A stretch of DNA of 60,853 nucleotides. It comes from Chiloscyllium plagiosum (lineage: Eukaryota). The translations under genes and the position numbers were made by a program. Positions 12,629 to 25,931 of the stretch are shown here, piece by piece (the first letter of the stretch is position 1; the number at the start of each line of letters is the position of its first letter). The notes under the pieces are model-generated. The model saw nothing but the letters and a program-made list of their open reading frames with translations, ran no database searches and was not told the DNA's origin. The stretch is from contig NC_057718.1 in the NCBI RefSeq assembly GCF_004010195.1, forward strand, positions 99,869,760-99,930,612, read 5' to 3'.

Positions 12629-12828
12629 GAGAAAGTGAGGACACCTCTGGGACACCCGGACCAACCAACCCAACCACCCCGTGGCTCAACACTTCAACTC
12701 CTCCTCCCACTCCACCAAGGACATGTAAGTTCTTGGACTCCTCCATCGCCAGACCATAGCAACACGACGGTTGGAGGAAGAGCGCCTGCCTGACCTGCTG
12801 CGCTTTTCCAGCAACACATTTTCAGCTC
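12629..12828 (+). mobile_element. Rearranged short Penelope insertion containing GIY-YIG C-terminal coding sequence, with 15-bp TSD
   Basis: HLWDTRTNQPNHPVAQHFNS...GLLHRQTIATRRLEEERL (frameshifted); TSD TAACCACT(A/T)TGCTTG at 12614-12628 and 12829-12843. Confidence 0.75.
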
Positions 12829-14639
12829 TAACCACTTTGCTTGCATACAAAACAATAGTTTATTAACGCCACAGGTTAAGGGAGATGGATACGCTTTAAA
12901 AAAAAACCTGTGTTTGTGCTTTTCAGAGATAGAGATAAAAGCAAAATACTGCAGATGATGGCTATCTGAAATAAAAACATTAAATGCTGGAGTAACTCAA
13001 TTGATCTGACAGCACCTGTACAGAGATAGCAGAGTTAATAGTTCAAGTCCAATCAGACTTTTCAAGGACCTGCTGAGTTTCTCCACTATTTTGTTTTTAT
13101 TTCAGAGGTAAGTATTAATTAGTTAATGACAGTAGTCGGGTCAACTAAGAGACAAAAGCACGGGAAACACCCCTGCGGTGGTTCAGGAAGGTGGTTCACT
13201 ACTGCCTTCTACTGGGCAGCTAGGGATGGAGCAACAGAAGCTGAGTTTGTCAACGCATTCCAAAATTAACATGAATTGGATGTAGGAACGACATCTGCAG
13301 CATGAGTACAGCTTTGGTCTCCTTACTCAGGGAGGGAGGTTGGAGGCAGTTCACTTATGCTGAGAGGTAGGATCAGAGGGATTGTCTCCCCAGAAGCGGT
13401 GAGGAGGTTGAACCTACACGCATCTGGGTTTGAATCGATGAGGGTGATCTTATCAAAAGCTGAGATCCTGAGGCAGGTATTGATTATTTTAACTGACTTT
13501 AGGGACTCACCTCCAGGGCAGGTGGGACTTGAACCCAGGCCTCCACACCAAGAGGTAGGAACACTGCCACTGCACCACAAGTGCCCTTTTGATATAGTTT
13601 GTGTTGAGAGGATGTCTCTTTTGCGGAGGAATTTTGAATTAGGAATCTAAGGATGATAAGGATCAACGTCTTTTCTTAGAGGGTCATTTCACACTGGCTG
13701 TGCCATGGCAAGTGCCCTATTCACATGGAAAATGCCAACCTGGAGTATGCCCAGGGCACAGGGGTAAGTATGGTTTCCAACTTCACCTCAGACCAGGACC
13801 CAGCTTCAGAGCCGAGATCTGACTCTCACCTTGGAACATTAACCTTTATCAATTCAAATGTCAAACATCAATCTTCCTTCCTCCTCTCGGATCCTGCACA
13901 GCCTGTTTAGCATTTTTGAAGTTTATTTTGGGCATTCATTATTATTTTTGTCTCTGCCAGATGTCTCACAATTTGAACTATGTGGTTGGTGGCAATACCA
14001 AGAGAAATGAAGAGGTTATTAACTTGTTGTAACAACTCAAGTGCTTTTCAAGGTTTGGAACTGTAGCAAGGACACTCTTACGCAAGCAATGTTCATCTCT
14101 ACTTTAACCCAACGTCCATGTATGACTTTTGCTTTAGTAATTCAGGGGTATGGGCGCATCGCGCCAACATTTATTGCCCATTTCCAATTGCCCTTGAGAA
14201 GGTGGTGATGAGTTGTCTTCTTCAACCTCTGCAGTCCCCGTGTGTTCAGGATTTTGACCCAGTGACACTGAAGGAATGGCGATATGTTTCCAAATCGGTG
14301 TGTGCCTGGGTGGAGAGCTGGTGGTGTTGCCATGTATCGATTGTAGATGTTGTGGGTTTGGAAGGTGCTGTCGAAGGAGCTGCAGTGCGTCTTGTGGATG
14401 GTTCACACAGCTGCTACTGAGCATTGATGGTGGAGAGAGTGAAAGTTGGTGGTTGAGGCATTAATCAAGGGGCTGCTGCTTTGTCCTGGATGGTGTCAAG
14501 CTTCTTGAGTGATATTGGAGCTGCACCCGTCCAGGCAAGTGAGGAGTATCCCATCACACTCCTGACTTGTGCCTTGTATCTGGACAGACTTGGGCATGAG
14601 TTACATAGGGTGGCCCTCCCAGCCTCTGACTTAACAATT

Positions 14640-14972
14640 GTAGATAGAACATCTCTCTTTTCCCTGGGGTGGGAGAGTCCAGAACTAGAGGGCGTAGGTT
14701 TAGGGTGAGAGGGGAAAAATTTAAAAGAGACCTAAGGACAACTTTTCACGCAGAGGGTGGTACGTGTGTGGAATGAGCTGCCAGAGGAAGTGGTGGAGGC
14801 TGGTACAATTACAACATTTAAAAGGCATCTGGATGGGTATATGAATAGGAAAGGTTTAGAGGGATATGGGCAAATTGCTGGCAAATGGGACAAGATTAAT
14901 TCAGGATATCTGGTCAGCATGAACGAATTGGATGAAAGGGTCTATTTACGTGCTGTGCATCTCTATGACTAT
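14640..14972 (+). mobile_element. CR1 (HER1-like) LINE 3' fragment nested in an older minus-strand LINE (14140-15125)
   Basis: VRVWNELPEEVVEAGTITTFKRHLDGYMNRKG. Confidence 0.85.
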
Positions 14973-15962
14973 GGCTGTATTTATGTAGCTGGTCCAGTTA
15001 GTTTCTGGTCAATGGTAACTCTCAGGATATTGAGGTTGGGGGGAATTCAGTGGTGGCAATGGCACTGAACTTGAAGGGAGGATGTTTCGATGATCTCTTA
15101 TTGGAGATGGTCATTGCTTGGCAGTGGTGTACTATGAGTATAACTGGATCTCATACAGTCTGGCTTCCCATGAATAGAAAGACCTGTTTGATGTTTGTGT
15201 AAGATGGCAGGCAGGGGTCATGCCGCTTAAAAAAGCAAATGAGAGCCATTGCTTTATAAACACAAATCTTCTATATCCGTGCCACAGAGAGCTGTGAGAG
15301 CTTGTGTATATTTAAGCCTGAGATAGACAGATTCGTCATCAAAAGGGGGGAATCAAGGGTCACGGGAAAGGGCAGGAAAGTGGACATGAGGAGTGTTGGA
15401 TCACCCAGGATCCTATTGAATGGTACAACAGGTTTGATGGGACGAATGGCCTATTCCTGTTCCTGGTATTATAGTCTCATGCTCTTCGATCGGTGTCTTG
15501 TGAGTTGCCTGCTCACTCTTTGAAGGAAGGGGCACTGTTCCTCTGACCATCAGGCACTTCACAAGACACCTGTGGGCCTTCTGCTCGACTGAGGACCCCA
15601 GGATGTGACATCTCAAACATCCAGGACTATCTTCCAATTAGAGGTTGGCAACCCCAGCACTTGGCTGTGGCTCTTTCTGGTACGACAGTGTCCAAGGAGT
15701 GACCCAAGGACGAAGGGATGGCATTGGAGTCAGTTCAAAAGAGATTCACTAGGCCGATGTCCAGGGATGGAAGATTTGACTTAGTGAGGATGGCTAAACA
15801 AATTAGGCCTGGTTTCCTTAGTCATGGAGTCATACAGCAAGGAAACAGACTCTTCGGTCCAACCAGTCCATGCCGACCATAATCCCAAACTACACTAGTC
15901 CCATCTGCCTGCTCCTGGCCCATATCCGTCCAAACCTTTCCTATTTATGTCATTATCTAAGT

Positions 15963-16085
15963 AGGTAAAAATAAGGACTGCAGATGCTGGAAATCGACGT
16001 TTTGGGCAAAAGCCCTTCACCAGGATTTTCCTGCTCCTCGGATGCTGCCTGACCTGCTGTGCTTTTCCAGCACCACTCTAATCTA
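15963..16085. mobile_element. Short Penelope-derived insertion (family A) inside a CR1 tail
   Basis: TSD GTC(A/C)TTATCTAAGT at 15949-15962 and 16086-16099; partial inverted structure. Confidence 0.75.
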
Positions 16086-17220
16086 GTCCTTATCTAAGTG
16101 TCTGTTGAACATTGTAATTGTACCCACATCCACCAATTTCCTGCCTTCCCTCCAATACACTTTACACCCTTTCTATCCAATAACCATCCAATGTCCCTCT
16201 GGAATGCCTCAGTTCAACCAGCCTCCACACATTTCCTGGCAGGATTTTCCACACCCTGACCACTCGCTGGGTGAAAATGTTTTTTTTTTTCTCTCATTAC
16301 ACTTGCTTCTTTTGCACATCACTTTAACCCTATGCCCCTCTCATTCTCGATCCTGAACAGGAATTGCTTCCCCCGTCCCCTCAGTACAGCTTGCCTTTGG
16401 TTTTGAAAACCTCTATCAAACCCCTTCTCAATGGAGAACAGTACCACTCTCTTCCATTGGTCTTAGATACTGAAGTTTCTCATTCCTGGAACCATTCTCG
16501 TTAATCGTTTGCGTATTCTCTCTCTCCGATGCATTCCCAGCTTTCCTACAATGTGACACCCACAGCTGTTTGATTTGACTTTATTATTGTCATGTGTACC
16601 CAGGTACGGTGAAAAGTTTTGTTTGGATGCAGTGCAGGCAAATCATTACCTTACAAAATGCCTTAGGGCAATAGAACAAAATACAGGTGCACAAAGGGCA
16701 AGATTTGATTTGAAGGTTGAGAAATCCAGTCAGAATAACAGCGGGGAAGATTCCAAGTTCTTGAATCTATTGGTACGTGTGTTTAAGCTTTTCTATCTTC
16801 TGCCCAATGGAAGAGGTCTTTGATGGTGACTGCTTTCCTGAGGTAGTGTAGATGGAATCAGTAGATGGGAGATTGGTTTGTGTGATGGACTGGGCTGTGT
16901 TCCCAACTCTCTGTAGTTTCTAATGGTCCTGGGCAGAGCAGTTGCCGCTGTACGCAATACTGCAGCTGAGATCACCAGCTGCAGAGGGATGCGCAAGGCG
17001 ATACCTAAATGAAGTGCGCTCCAGGGGAAATGATACCACGGCGAGGAAACTAGCTCGGTTTTGCTCCTTGCTGAATGGTTGGGTTTTACCAAGAAACCCC
17101 AAACATTTCATTCAGGCATAAACCGAGAATAAACAAACAAAAAAAGAAAACCACACGCCACAACCTCAAAAGAGAACATTGGTCACAGCGTCTTGGCCGG
17201 TCCTGGTTTCCCTGAGCAGC

Positions 17221-17426
17221 TCTAGATCAGAGTGGTGCTGGAAAAGCACAGCAGTTCAGGCGGCATCTGAGGAGCAGGAAAATCTGCCTCTATTCCTGAT
17301 GAAGGGCTTTTGCCCGAAACGTCGATTTTCCTGCTCCTCGGATGCTGCCTGACCTGCTGTGCTTTTCCAGCACCACTCTAATCTAGACTCTGGTTTCCAG
17401 CATTTACAGTCCTTGTTTTTAACCTA
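17221..17426 (+). mobile_element. Palindromic Penelope-derived insertion (family A) with hammerhead motif at ~17292-17327
   Basis: CTGATGA-A-GGGC-TTTT-GCCC-GAAA-CGTC; inverted arms; imperfect TSD TTTCCCT(G/C)AGCAGC. Confidence 0.8.
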
Positions 17427-17844
17427 GTTTTCCCCTCAGCAGCTACAAATACTTTATGTTGTGAATGTAAACTGAAGGGCAAGGTCTTCTGATTAATTCA
17501 TAATGCGCCAATTAACAAATATAATTATCAGCGGACTCCAAAGCTGGGAAAGTGCGTTTATCGGATGTTTCAACCAAGTTACAGGGCCCCTTTAAGGTGT
17601 GTTTTCCTGTTTTTTTTTTGGGACTTCCTGTTTTCCGTTCCAGTGCAAGTAAGTCTCACATAATAATCCCACTGGGACACAAAGGATCAACTGGCAAATA
17701 CAGTTTTCATCCTGGGATCTGTGCAACCATTTGATCGTCAGACGCTGGGAGGGCGAGTTTGTGTACAGTTCCGAGATTTTACTTTAAATGCAGGCTCGAG
17801 TTAGAGAATTGTGACAGGGCTGGGGAGAAATTATATCGCTGCAG

Positions 17845-18197
17845 GGGTTGCTACGGTGGCTTAGTGGTTAGCATTGCTGCCTCCCAGTGCTAGGCACTGA
17901 GTTCAATTCCAGCCTCGGGCAACTGTCTGTGTGGAGTTTGCACATTCTCCCCGTGTCTGCGTGGGTTTCCTCCGAGTGCTCTGGTTTCCTCCCACAGTCC
18001 AAAGATGTGCAGGTTAGGTGCATGGATTGGCCAGGCCAAATTGTCCAGGGATGTGCAGGCTAGGTGGATTAGCCATGGGCGATGCAGGATTACAGGCATA
18101 GGGTAGGGAAGATGGGGCTGGGTGGGATACTCTTCGGAGGGTTGCTGTGGTCTCAATGGGCCAAATAGCCTGTGCCCACAGTGATGGGATTCTATGA
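17845..18197 (+). mobile_element. HE1-like V-SINE, full length
   Basis: tRNA head, V-domain, CR1-type tail. Confidence 0.85.
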
Positions 18198-18683
18198 TTC
18201 AGGGCATTGGGATCTGTACAGGGCTTGCTATTGGCAACACAGCTGGAGGGATAGGAGCCGTGAGAAGGTGTAATGGCTGACTTTGAATTGCCTCTGAAAT
18301 GGGAGATGGCACGGGGCAGGCTGACTCTAGGTACATGGACTCACAAGATGGCCGCTGAGCCATCAGTTGGCCACTTGACACACAAGATGGCTGCCAGACC
18401 ACAATATGGAGAGAGACAGCAGAGCGAATACAGACGCTGGCTGGGGCCACCAGAATGCCAGCACAATGCACTCACAACTTAGTTGATTAGTTTAAGGTGA
18501 GTGGGGGAGAGAATACACATGAGTCGCGTATACTGCCCACCAAAGCTAACACCTTTGATAGAAATGCTAACAGTCTGATACGGACTCAATATAAAGTGCT
18601 AATAGCCAGGGCTGTAGTAATAGTCCTTCTCAGGAAGAGCGATTAGCGCCCATTACTACAGCAATGGAACTTCCGCACAGGCA

Positions 18684-18785
18684 CTGAAACTGACAACGAC
18701 CGCGCTGAAACTGACAACGACCGCGCTGAAATTAACAAAGGCTGCGCTGGAACTGACAATGACTGCACCGAAACTATCAACGATT
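18684..18785. repeat. 21-bp tandem repeat, ~5 copies (CTGAAACTGACAACGACCGCG)
   Basis: Units start at 18684, 18705, 18726, 18747, 18768. Confidence 0.9.
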
Positions 18786-19437
18786 CTGCAATATTTACAA
18801 TAAACAAACCACGTTACAGAGACAATACCCTCATCACTGACCTATTATTACAAAATGTATAAAAGTATCTTGACCTGTGCTCCAGGCAGAGAGAAGACTC
18901 ACAGCTGCCCACTGTGCTGTTGGTGTCTTCCGCGCCCCAGAGCTCCGGTAAGTCCTTGTACAATAAACTCTGCCATTGAACCCCCGACTCTGACTCCGAG
19001 GCTGGTGATTTTCCCCACAACACCTCAAACTGACCTTTGTCCGAACATTGAGTCATGTTTCCCAGCAGCACTGGGAAATGGGATGAGAGTGGTCAGGTGC
19101 TTGTCTCTGACTGGGACAGCCTCGATGGGCCGAACTGCCTTTATCTGAGTTCCAGACCTCTACAACGCTACTGCCGCCATGAGAAATCTGATTGGAAATT
19201 TTTCTGATTGTCTGGCGTTATCTTAAAAATGGCAGACGAGAGAGAAACCCGAGTTACTTCAGCCTTGGTGAATGCCTCTGTGAGGGACGCTATCAGAATC
19301 TGACAACAGCAACTGGGCATTTGAGAATTTAGAATTTTGCAGTACAGAAGAGGCCCTTCAGCCTATCTAGTTTGTACCGTCAGGAGGTTGGGGTTTAACT
19401 GCCCTGGTTTATTTTGTTTTTGAGCAAGTGCCCAAGT

Positions 19438-19590
19438 GGGCGGCACGGTGGTACAGTGGTTAGCACTGCTGCCTCGCAGCGCCAGAGACCCGGGTTCAAT
19501 TCCCGCCTCAGGCGACTGACTGTGTGGAGTTTGCACGTTGTGTGGACTTGTTGGGCTGAAGGGCCTGTTTCCACACTGTAAGTAATCTAA
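19438..19590 (+). mobile_element. Internally deleted HE1-like SINE
   Basis: Head joined directly to tail at ...TTGCACGTTG|TGTGGACTTG. Confidence 0.8.
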
Positions 19591-20284
19591 AAAAAAAATC
19601 TAAATCATAAGAGAGTGCCTAAGAATCACAGAATTGTTTTGGTGCAGCTATTTGGCCCATCTACCTACACCGGTGTTATTATCCAGTTTGGTTCCATTAC
19701 TTAGTGCCAATCTCCTGCCTTATTCCCATAATCCTGTGCACTGTTACTATCCAAATAACCATCCAATAGCACGTTCGACTGATCCTGCCTCAACCACATT
19801 TCCCAGGAATGTGTTTCCTCCTCAAAACACTCAATGTATGAAGAAGATTTTTCTCGCATCAACCTTGCTTCTTTTGACCATCACTTTAAGTCCATGTCCC
19901 GAAATTCTTGTTTCCATTACAAAGGGGAATAACTTCTCCCTATCAACTTGACTGAAGCACTCCCCGTCCTAATGTAAAAAGATCTGGACAATATCCAGGC
20001 TTGCGCTGACAAACAGCGAGTAACATTCATGCCACAAAGATGTCAGGCAATGGCCTTCACCAGTAAGAGACAATCTAATCACTGCCCGTTGACATTAAAT
20101 GGTGATACCATCACTGAATGAGCCGCTATCAACATTCAGCGGTTTCCAATTTCCAGAAATTCAACTGGACTCACCGCGTAAACATAGTGACGACAAGAGC
20201 AGGTCAGAGATGAGGAATACTGCAGCAAGTAACTCCCCTCCTGACTCCCCAAAGCCTGTCCCACCATCTGCAAGGCACAAGTGA

Positions 20285-20885
20285 CTTGTATAGCCTTTAT
20301 ATGTCAGAGTATTGAGTACAGGGGTTGGGAGGTCATGTTATGGCTGCCCAAGATATTGGTTAGGCCAGTTTTGGAATACTGCGTGTAATTCTGGTCTCCC
20401 CATTATCAGAAGGATTTTGTTAAAAGGGTTCAGAAAAGATTTGCATGAATGTTGCCAGGGTTGGAGGGTTTGAGCTATAGGGAGAGGCTGAATAGGCAGG
20501 GGCTGTTTTCCCTGGGGTGTCGGAGGCTGAGGGGTGACCTCTTGAGGTTTATAAAATCATGATGAGCATGGATAGGATAAATAGACAAAGTCTCTTCCCT
20601 GGGGTGGGGGAGTCCAGAACTAGAGACCATAGGTTTAGGGTGAGAGGGGAAAGATATAAAAGAGACCTAAGGGGCAACGTTTTTACTCAGAGGGTGGAAT
20701 GAGCTGCCAGAGGAAGTGGTGGAGGCTGGTACAATTACAGCATTTAAAAGGTATCGATGGGTATATGAATAGGAAGAGATGAGAGGAATATTGGCTCAGT
20801 GCTGGCAAATGGATCTAGATTGGGTTGGGATATCTGGGCGGCATTGGACTGAAGGGTCTGTTTCCATGCTGTCCATCTCAATGGT
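20285..20885 (+). mobile_element. CR1 (HER1-like) LINE ORF2 3' part, disrupted
   Basis: LVRPVLEYCV.FWSP..., LRGDL.EVYKIM, WNELPEEVVEAG motifs. Confidence 0.85.
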
Positions 20886-21454
20886 TCTGTGAGTGGTGCA
20901 AATGGAACATAAAGGCTGATCGTAAACTCCTACGCTGAGCTGTAGATATTACTGGGAATGCTCAAAGGCAATCCTTGTGGGTTATCTGACTGAGTTACTG
21001 TCTCACTCTGTTTTAGTGGCTATCCCGGACTCTCCCCAATGTGTGCATTGATGTCAAAGATGAAAGTGTAATGCTTTTTGCCCATCCTTTCACATTCTGT
21101 GCCTGCTCCTCATTGAAGGAGTTGACAATGACATGATGGCAACATCACCAGGCTAATACTGCAAGGGAGCTGGGTTCAAATCTCACCTTTACAGCTGCTG
21201 TATATTTATTATCATTCAGAATCATTAATAAACCCGGGATTACACCCTCAGTGATAACGAGCATGAAAGTATCATTGTTGTAAAATTCCCACCTGGTTCA
21301 CCCTGGCAGGATAGGGAATCCGCGATGCGTACCCGGCCTGGCTTGTACATGATTCCGAACCCACAGCAATAGGGTTAACATTGAAGTGCCCAAGATTTGT
21401 AGCTCAGGCTGAGGTTCAGGTTGTAAGATTGCTCACTGAGCTGGAAGGTTTGTT

Positions 21455-21496
21455 CTCAGACGTTTCGTCACCACGCTAGGTGACATCATCAGTGAG
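21455..21496 (-). ncRNA. Minimal hammerhead ribozyme motif (PLE family C) in a Penelope pseudo-LTR fragment
   Basis: Minus strand CTCA-CTGATGA-T-GTCACC-TAGCGT-GGTGAC-GAAA-CGTC-TGAG: perfect 4-bp helix I, 6-bp helix II, ACGT palindrome, GUC triplet. Confidence 0.7.
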
Positions 21497-22744
21497 CCTC
21501 TGGTGAAGTGCTGGTGTTCTGTCCCACTTGTTATGTACGTGTTGTGGTCTGTTGTGTTTTGGTCCCATTGTTCTACCTACTGGATGCTGAGTCTACTTTT
21601 GAAACAGTTGATCTTATTCATGTGCAAAGTCTATGACGGTGGGTAATGATGTCATGTTACGGTTGCAGAATGGCTTTGTGGTGAGCTGTAATGTCTGCCT
21701 GATGGTACTGACCCCCTGTCCACATGTTGTGGGAGGGGAGAGATGTGCAGACAAACCTGTCTCATTCTTTACAGCTGCTCCGGTGCTTTGTGAGGGCAGT
21801 ATAATGAAATATCAAATCATCAAGCACATTGATTGATCAATTACAAAGGGGAACAGTTGGGACCTGGCCTGATGCATGGAAAGAGCTGGGAGACTGAGTC
21901 TTTAATAAACTCTGTTTGCAAAGAACGGTGTCTTGCTTTCTATCTCACTGGTCAGGATCTGAGCTGATTTCTATTGAAGGTGCAACAGGACTCACAGCTT
22001 ACAAACTATTTGCAGAGGGTGTGTGTCAAGTCATCCATTCACTGGAGCACACAAGGTGATCATTCAGCCCTTTGAGTCTCGCTGGTTATTTGTGAACAAA
22101 ACTCGAGAGTGAATCTGCAGCCTCATCTTCCAATGAGGTTTGGCTGATTTCTCCAGCAAATGCAGAGTAATCCAGGTTGTTCAGCTGTAATGTGCGTTTT
22201 GTCAGCGTGAATTGGCTATAACGTGATTGACAAAGTGTGGACATTGTTTGGATAATGCGGACTTTCTGTTGAACAGATGTAGCGATTTTCTATGAGCAAT
22301 AATCTACAGCATGATTTTCTACAGTGGTTTTCCATAGCGTGATTTTCTATAGCGTGGGGTTACAGAAGAACACAACTGTCACATTAGAACAGATCGCCCT
22401 ATAATGTAAAAGTCCTGGGAATAAGATCAATCTATATTGGCTTACATCAGCATGGTTCCTTGGTCTGACTGGCAGGGGGGAATACCCAAACATCTCTAGA
22501 AATTGCGGAGTTTCTCTGTGCAACCCTGAGCAATGTCACGTTGGTCTGTCGTTGACTGAGAGGAAGGTCAGAGTTTAGGCCTGTACACTCTGGAGTTTGG
22601 GAGAACGAGAGGAAATCTAATTGAGGTCCATTAGGAGCCAAAGGGGATTGACAAAGTGGATGTAGAAAGAATGTTTCCTCATGTGGAGAAGTCTAAAATG
22701 AGAGGTCATAGTTTCAGGGTAAGGGGCAGCAGATTTGAAACAGA

Positions 22745-24420
22745 GTCATAGAGATGTACAGCATGGAAACAGACCCTTCGGTCCAACCCGTCCATGCCAA
22801 CCAGGTATCCCAACCAAATCTAGTCCCACCTGCCAGCACCTGGCCCATATCCCTCCAAACTCTTCCTATTCATATACCCATCCAAATGCCTTCTAAATGT
22901 TGCAATTGTACCAGCCTCCACCACTTCCTCTGGCAGCTCATTCCATACACGTACCACCCTCTGTGTGAAAAAGTTGCCCCTTAGGTCTCTTTTATATCTT
23001 TCCCGTCTCACCCTAAACCTATGCCCTCTAGTTCTGGACTCTCCAACCCCAGGAAAAAGACTTTGTCTATTTATCCAGTCCATTGGCCCATCTGGTCCAG
23101 ATCCTGTTGTAATCTGAGGTAACCTTCTTCACTGTCCATTACACCTCCAATTTTGGTGTCATCTGCAAACTTACTAACTGTACCTCTTATGCTCGTATCC
23201 AAATCATTTATGTAAATGACAAAAAGTAGAGGACCCAGCACTGATCCTTGTGGCACTCCACTGGTCACAGGCCTCCAGTCTGAAAAACAACCCTCCACTA
23301 CCTTTCNNNNNNNNNNNNNNNNNNNNNNNNNNNNNNNNNNNNNNNNNNNNNNNNNNNNNNNNNNNNNNNNNNNNNNNNNNNNNNNNNNNNNNNNNNNNNN
23401 NNNNNNNNNNNNNNNNNNNNNNNNNNNNNNNNNNNNNNNNNNNNNNNNNNNNNNNNNNNNNNNNNNNNNNNNNNNNNNNNNNNNNNNNNNNNNNNNNNNN
23501 NNNNNNNNNNNNNNNNNNNNNNNNNNNNNNNNNNNNNNNNNNNNNNNNNNNNNNNNNNNNNNNNNNNNNNNNNNNNNNNNNNNNNNNNNNNNNNNNNNNN
23601 NNNNNNNNNNNNNNNNNNNNNNNNNNNNNNNNNNNNNNNNNNNNNNNNNNNNNNNNNNNNNNNNNNNNNNNNNNNNNNNNNNNNNNNNNNNNNNNNNNNN
23701 NNNNNNNNNNNNNNNNNNNNNNNNNNNNNNNNNNNNNNNNNNNNNNNNNNNNNNNNNNNNNNNNNNNNNNNNNNNNNNNNNNNNNNNNNNNNNNNNNNNN
23801 NNNNNNNNNNNNNNNNNNNNNNNNNNNNNNNNNNNNNNNNNNNNNNNNNNNNNNNNNNNNNNNNNNNNNNNNNNNNNNNNNNNNNNNNNNNNNNNNNNNN
23901 NNNNNNNNNNNNNNNNNNNNNNNNNNNNNNNNNNNNNNNNNNNNNNNNNNNNCTCCTGATTTCCCTCTTAAGTATACTCCTACTTCCTTTATACTCTTCT
24001 AAGGATTCACTCGATCTATCCTGTCTATACCTTACATATGCTTCCTTCTTTTTCTTAACCAAACCCTCAATTTCTTTAGTCATCCAGCATTCCCTATACC
24101 TACCAGCCTTTCCTTTCACCCTAACAGGAATATACTTTCTCTGGATTCTCGTTATCTCATTTCTGAAGGCTTCCCATTTTCTAGCCATCCCTTTACCTGC
24201 GAACATCTGTCCCCAATCAGCTTTTGAAAGTTCTTGCCTAATACCCTCAAAATTGACCTTTCTCTAATTCAGAACTTCAACTTTTAGATCTGATCTATCC
24301 TTTTCCATCACTACTTTAAATCTATGAGAATTATGGTCGCTGGCCCCAAAGTGCTCCCCCACTGACACCTCAGTTACCTGCCCTGCCTTATATCCCAACA
24401 GTAGGTCAAGTTTTGCACCT
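22745..24420 (-). mobile_element. CR1 (HER1-like) LINE with RT domain; internal deletion near 23077 and an N gap at 23307-23952
   Basis: [22 protein letters not shown]...[12 protein letters not shown] motifs; linker region WEAFRNEI...CWMTKEI; C-terminal QRVVRVWNELP. Confidence 0.92.
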
Positions 24421-25242
24421 TCTGAATTAGGTACAGAGATAAGGAGAAATTACTTCTCTCAAAGGGTATTGAATCTGTGGAATTTACTCCCCCAGAGTGC
24501 GGTGGATGCAGGGACATTGAGTAAATGTAAGGAGGAGGTCGTTTTTTAATTAGTAAAGGGTTAAAGGGTTTTGGAGAGTGTGCGGGAAAGTGGATTTGAG
24601 GCCGAGATGATCGTATTAAGTGGCGGAGCAGTCTCGAGGGGCTGAATAGCCTACGCCTGCTCCTGGCCCTAATGTAAATCTGACTTTTGTGCGGGAACAA
24701 TGTTTTTTGGAGTCTGTGGAAGACCTGTTAAAGTGTGGAGAGGCAGTTTGACCTTACAGAGGACTGTGTTCCGGTTCACCATGGGGCTAAAGCTTGTGCT
24801 GATTTTTTAAAAAACCCAGTCCACTCACTGTGATGTGACAGCCTTACACTTCCAGGAAATGGTTTTTGTTTCAGGCTTCCTCCAACCTGGTGGGGTAACA
24901 GATGGCTCAGGCTAAAATGCCACAACACAAACATGTCCTGTTGAGTTTGTGTTTGTCAAATGCATGAGTACATCTGGGCCCTTCACACTCGGGGGCCTAC
25001 ACATCAGCCTCTTGGGGACGTTCCACTCAAATCCATTAACGGAAAATAGGAGCACCATGGGCGAGACAACATTTGGGTTAAGTTCATAAGCTGCTGTGTT
25101 ACAAACTACCAGGCTCAGGCTTTTGATGTTATCAGTGTAACACCAACAATTCAGTTTCAGTTGTTAGTTGAGGGAAAAGCTGATTTACCCAAAAACATTT
25201 GTAGATCATTTACTGATTTTGGATCAGGAGAACCTGTACTTA

Positions 25243-25810
25243 GAATCCCTACAGTGTGGAATTCAGCCCTTCGGCCCAACAAGTCCACACTGACCCTCGG
25301 AAGTGTAACCCACCCAGAACCATTCCCCTACCCTATTATTCTACATTTACCCCTGACTAATGCACCTAATCTATAAATCCCTGAACAGAGCTGAAAATGT
25401 GTTGCTGGAAAAGCGCAGCAGGTCAGGCAGCATCCAGGGAACAGGAGAATCGACGTTTCGGGCATAAGCCCTTCTTCAGCATTCCTGAAGAAGGGCTTAT
25501 GCCCGAAACGTCAATTCTCCTGTTCCCTGGATGCTGCCTGACCTGCTGCGCTTTTCCAGCAACACATTTTCAGCTCTGATCTCCAGCATCTGTAGACCTC
25601 ACTTTCTCCTCAAAGATATCCCTGAACACTATGGTCAATTGAGCATGGCTAATTCACCCTAACCTGCGCATCTTTGGATTGTGGAAGGAAACCCAAGCAG
25701 ACACAGGGACAATGTGTTAACCCCACACAGTCAGTCGCCTGAGGCTGGAATTGAACCCGGGTCCCTGTCCCTGTGAGGCAGTAGTGCTAACCACTGAGCC
25801 ACCACGCCAC
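25243..25810 (-). mobile_element. HE1-like SINE interrupted by a Penelope-derived palindrome
   Basis: Reverse-complement tail at 25243, head at ~25810. Confidence 0.85.
25388..25617. mobile_element. Palindromic Penelope-derived insertion (family A) with back-to-back hammerhead cores
   Basis: Near-perfect ~90-bp arms centred at ~25480; TSD ATCCCTGAACA at 25377-25387 and 25618-25628. Confidence 0.85.
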
Positions 25811-25931
25811 TCCTGGGGCCCTGACATTACTAAAAAAGGTTAGAATAAGTCCCAAGTAGCAAACAGATTCCTTGGAAGTTTTACTCTCATTATGGAGGCA
25901 AGACTGTACAGCTTGCAGGCATTTTATAACT

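Noticed and set aside
22250..22405. Repeated GATTTTCTA(T/C)AG motif, possible decayed Tigger-like MITE
   Set aside because: No convincing pair of TIRs or TSD identified
23216..24206. 247-302 aa ORFs spanning X runs
   Set aside because: Artefacts of the N gap inside a CR1 element
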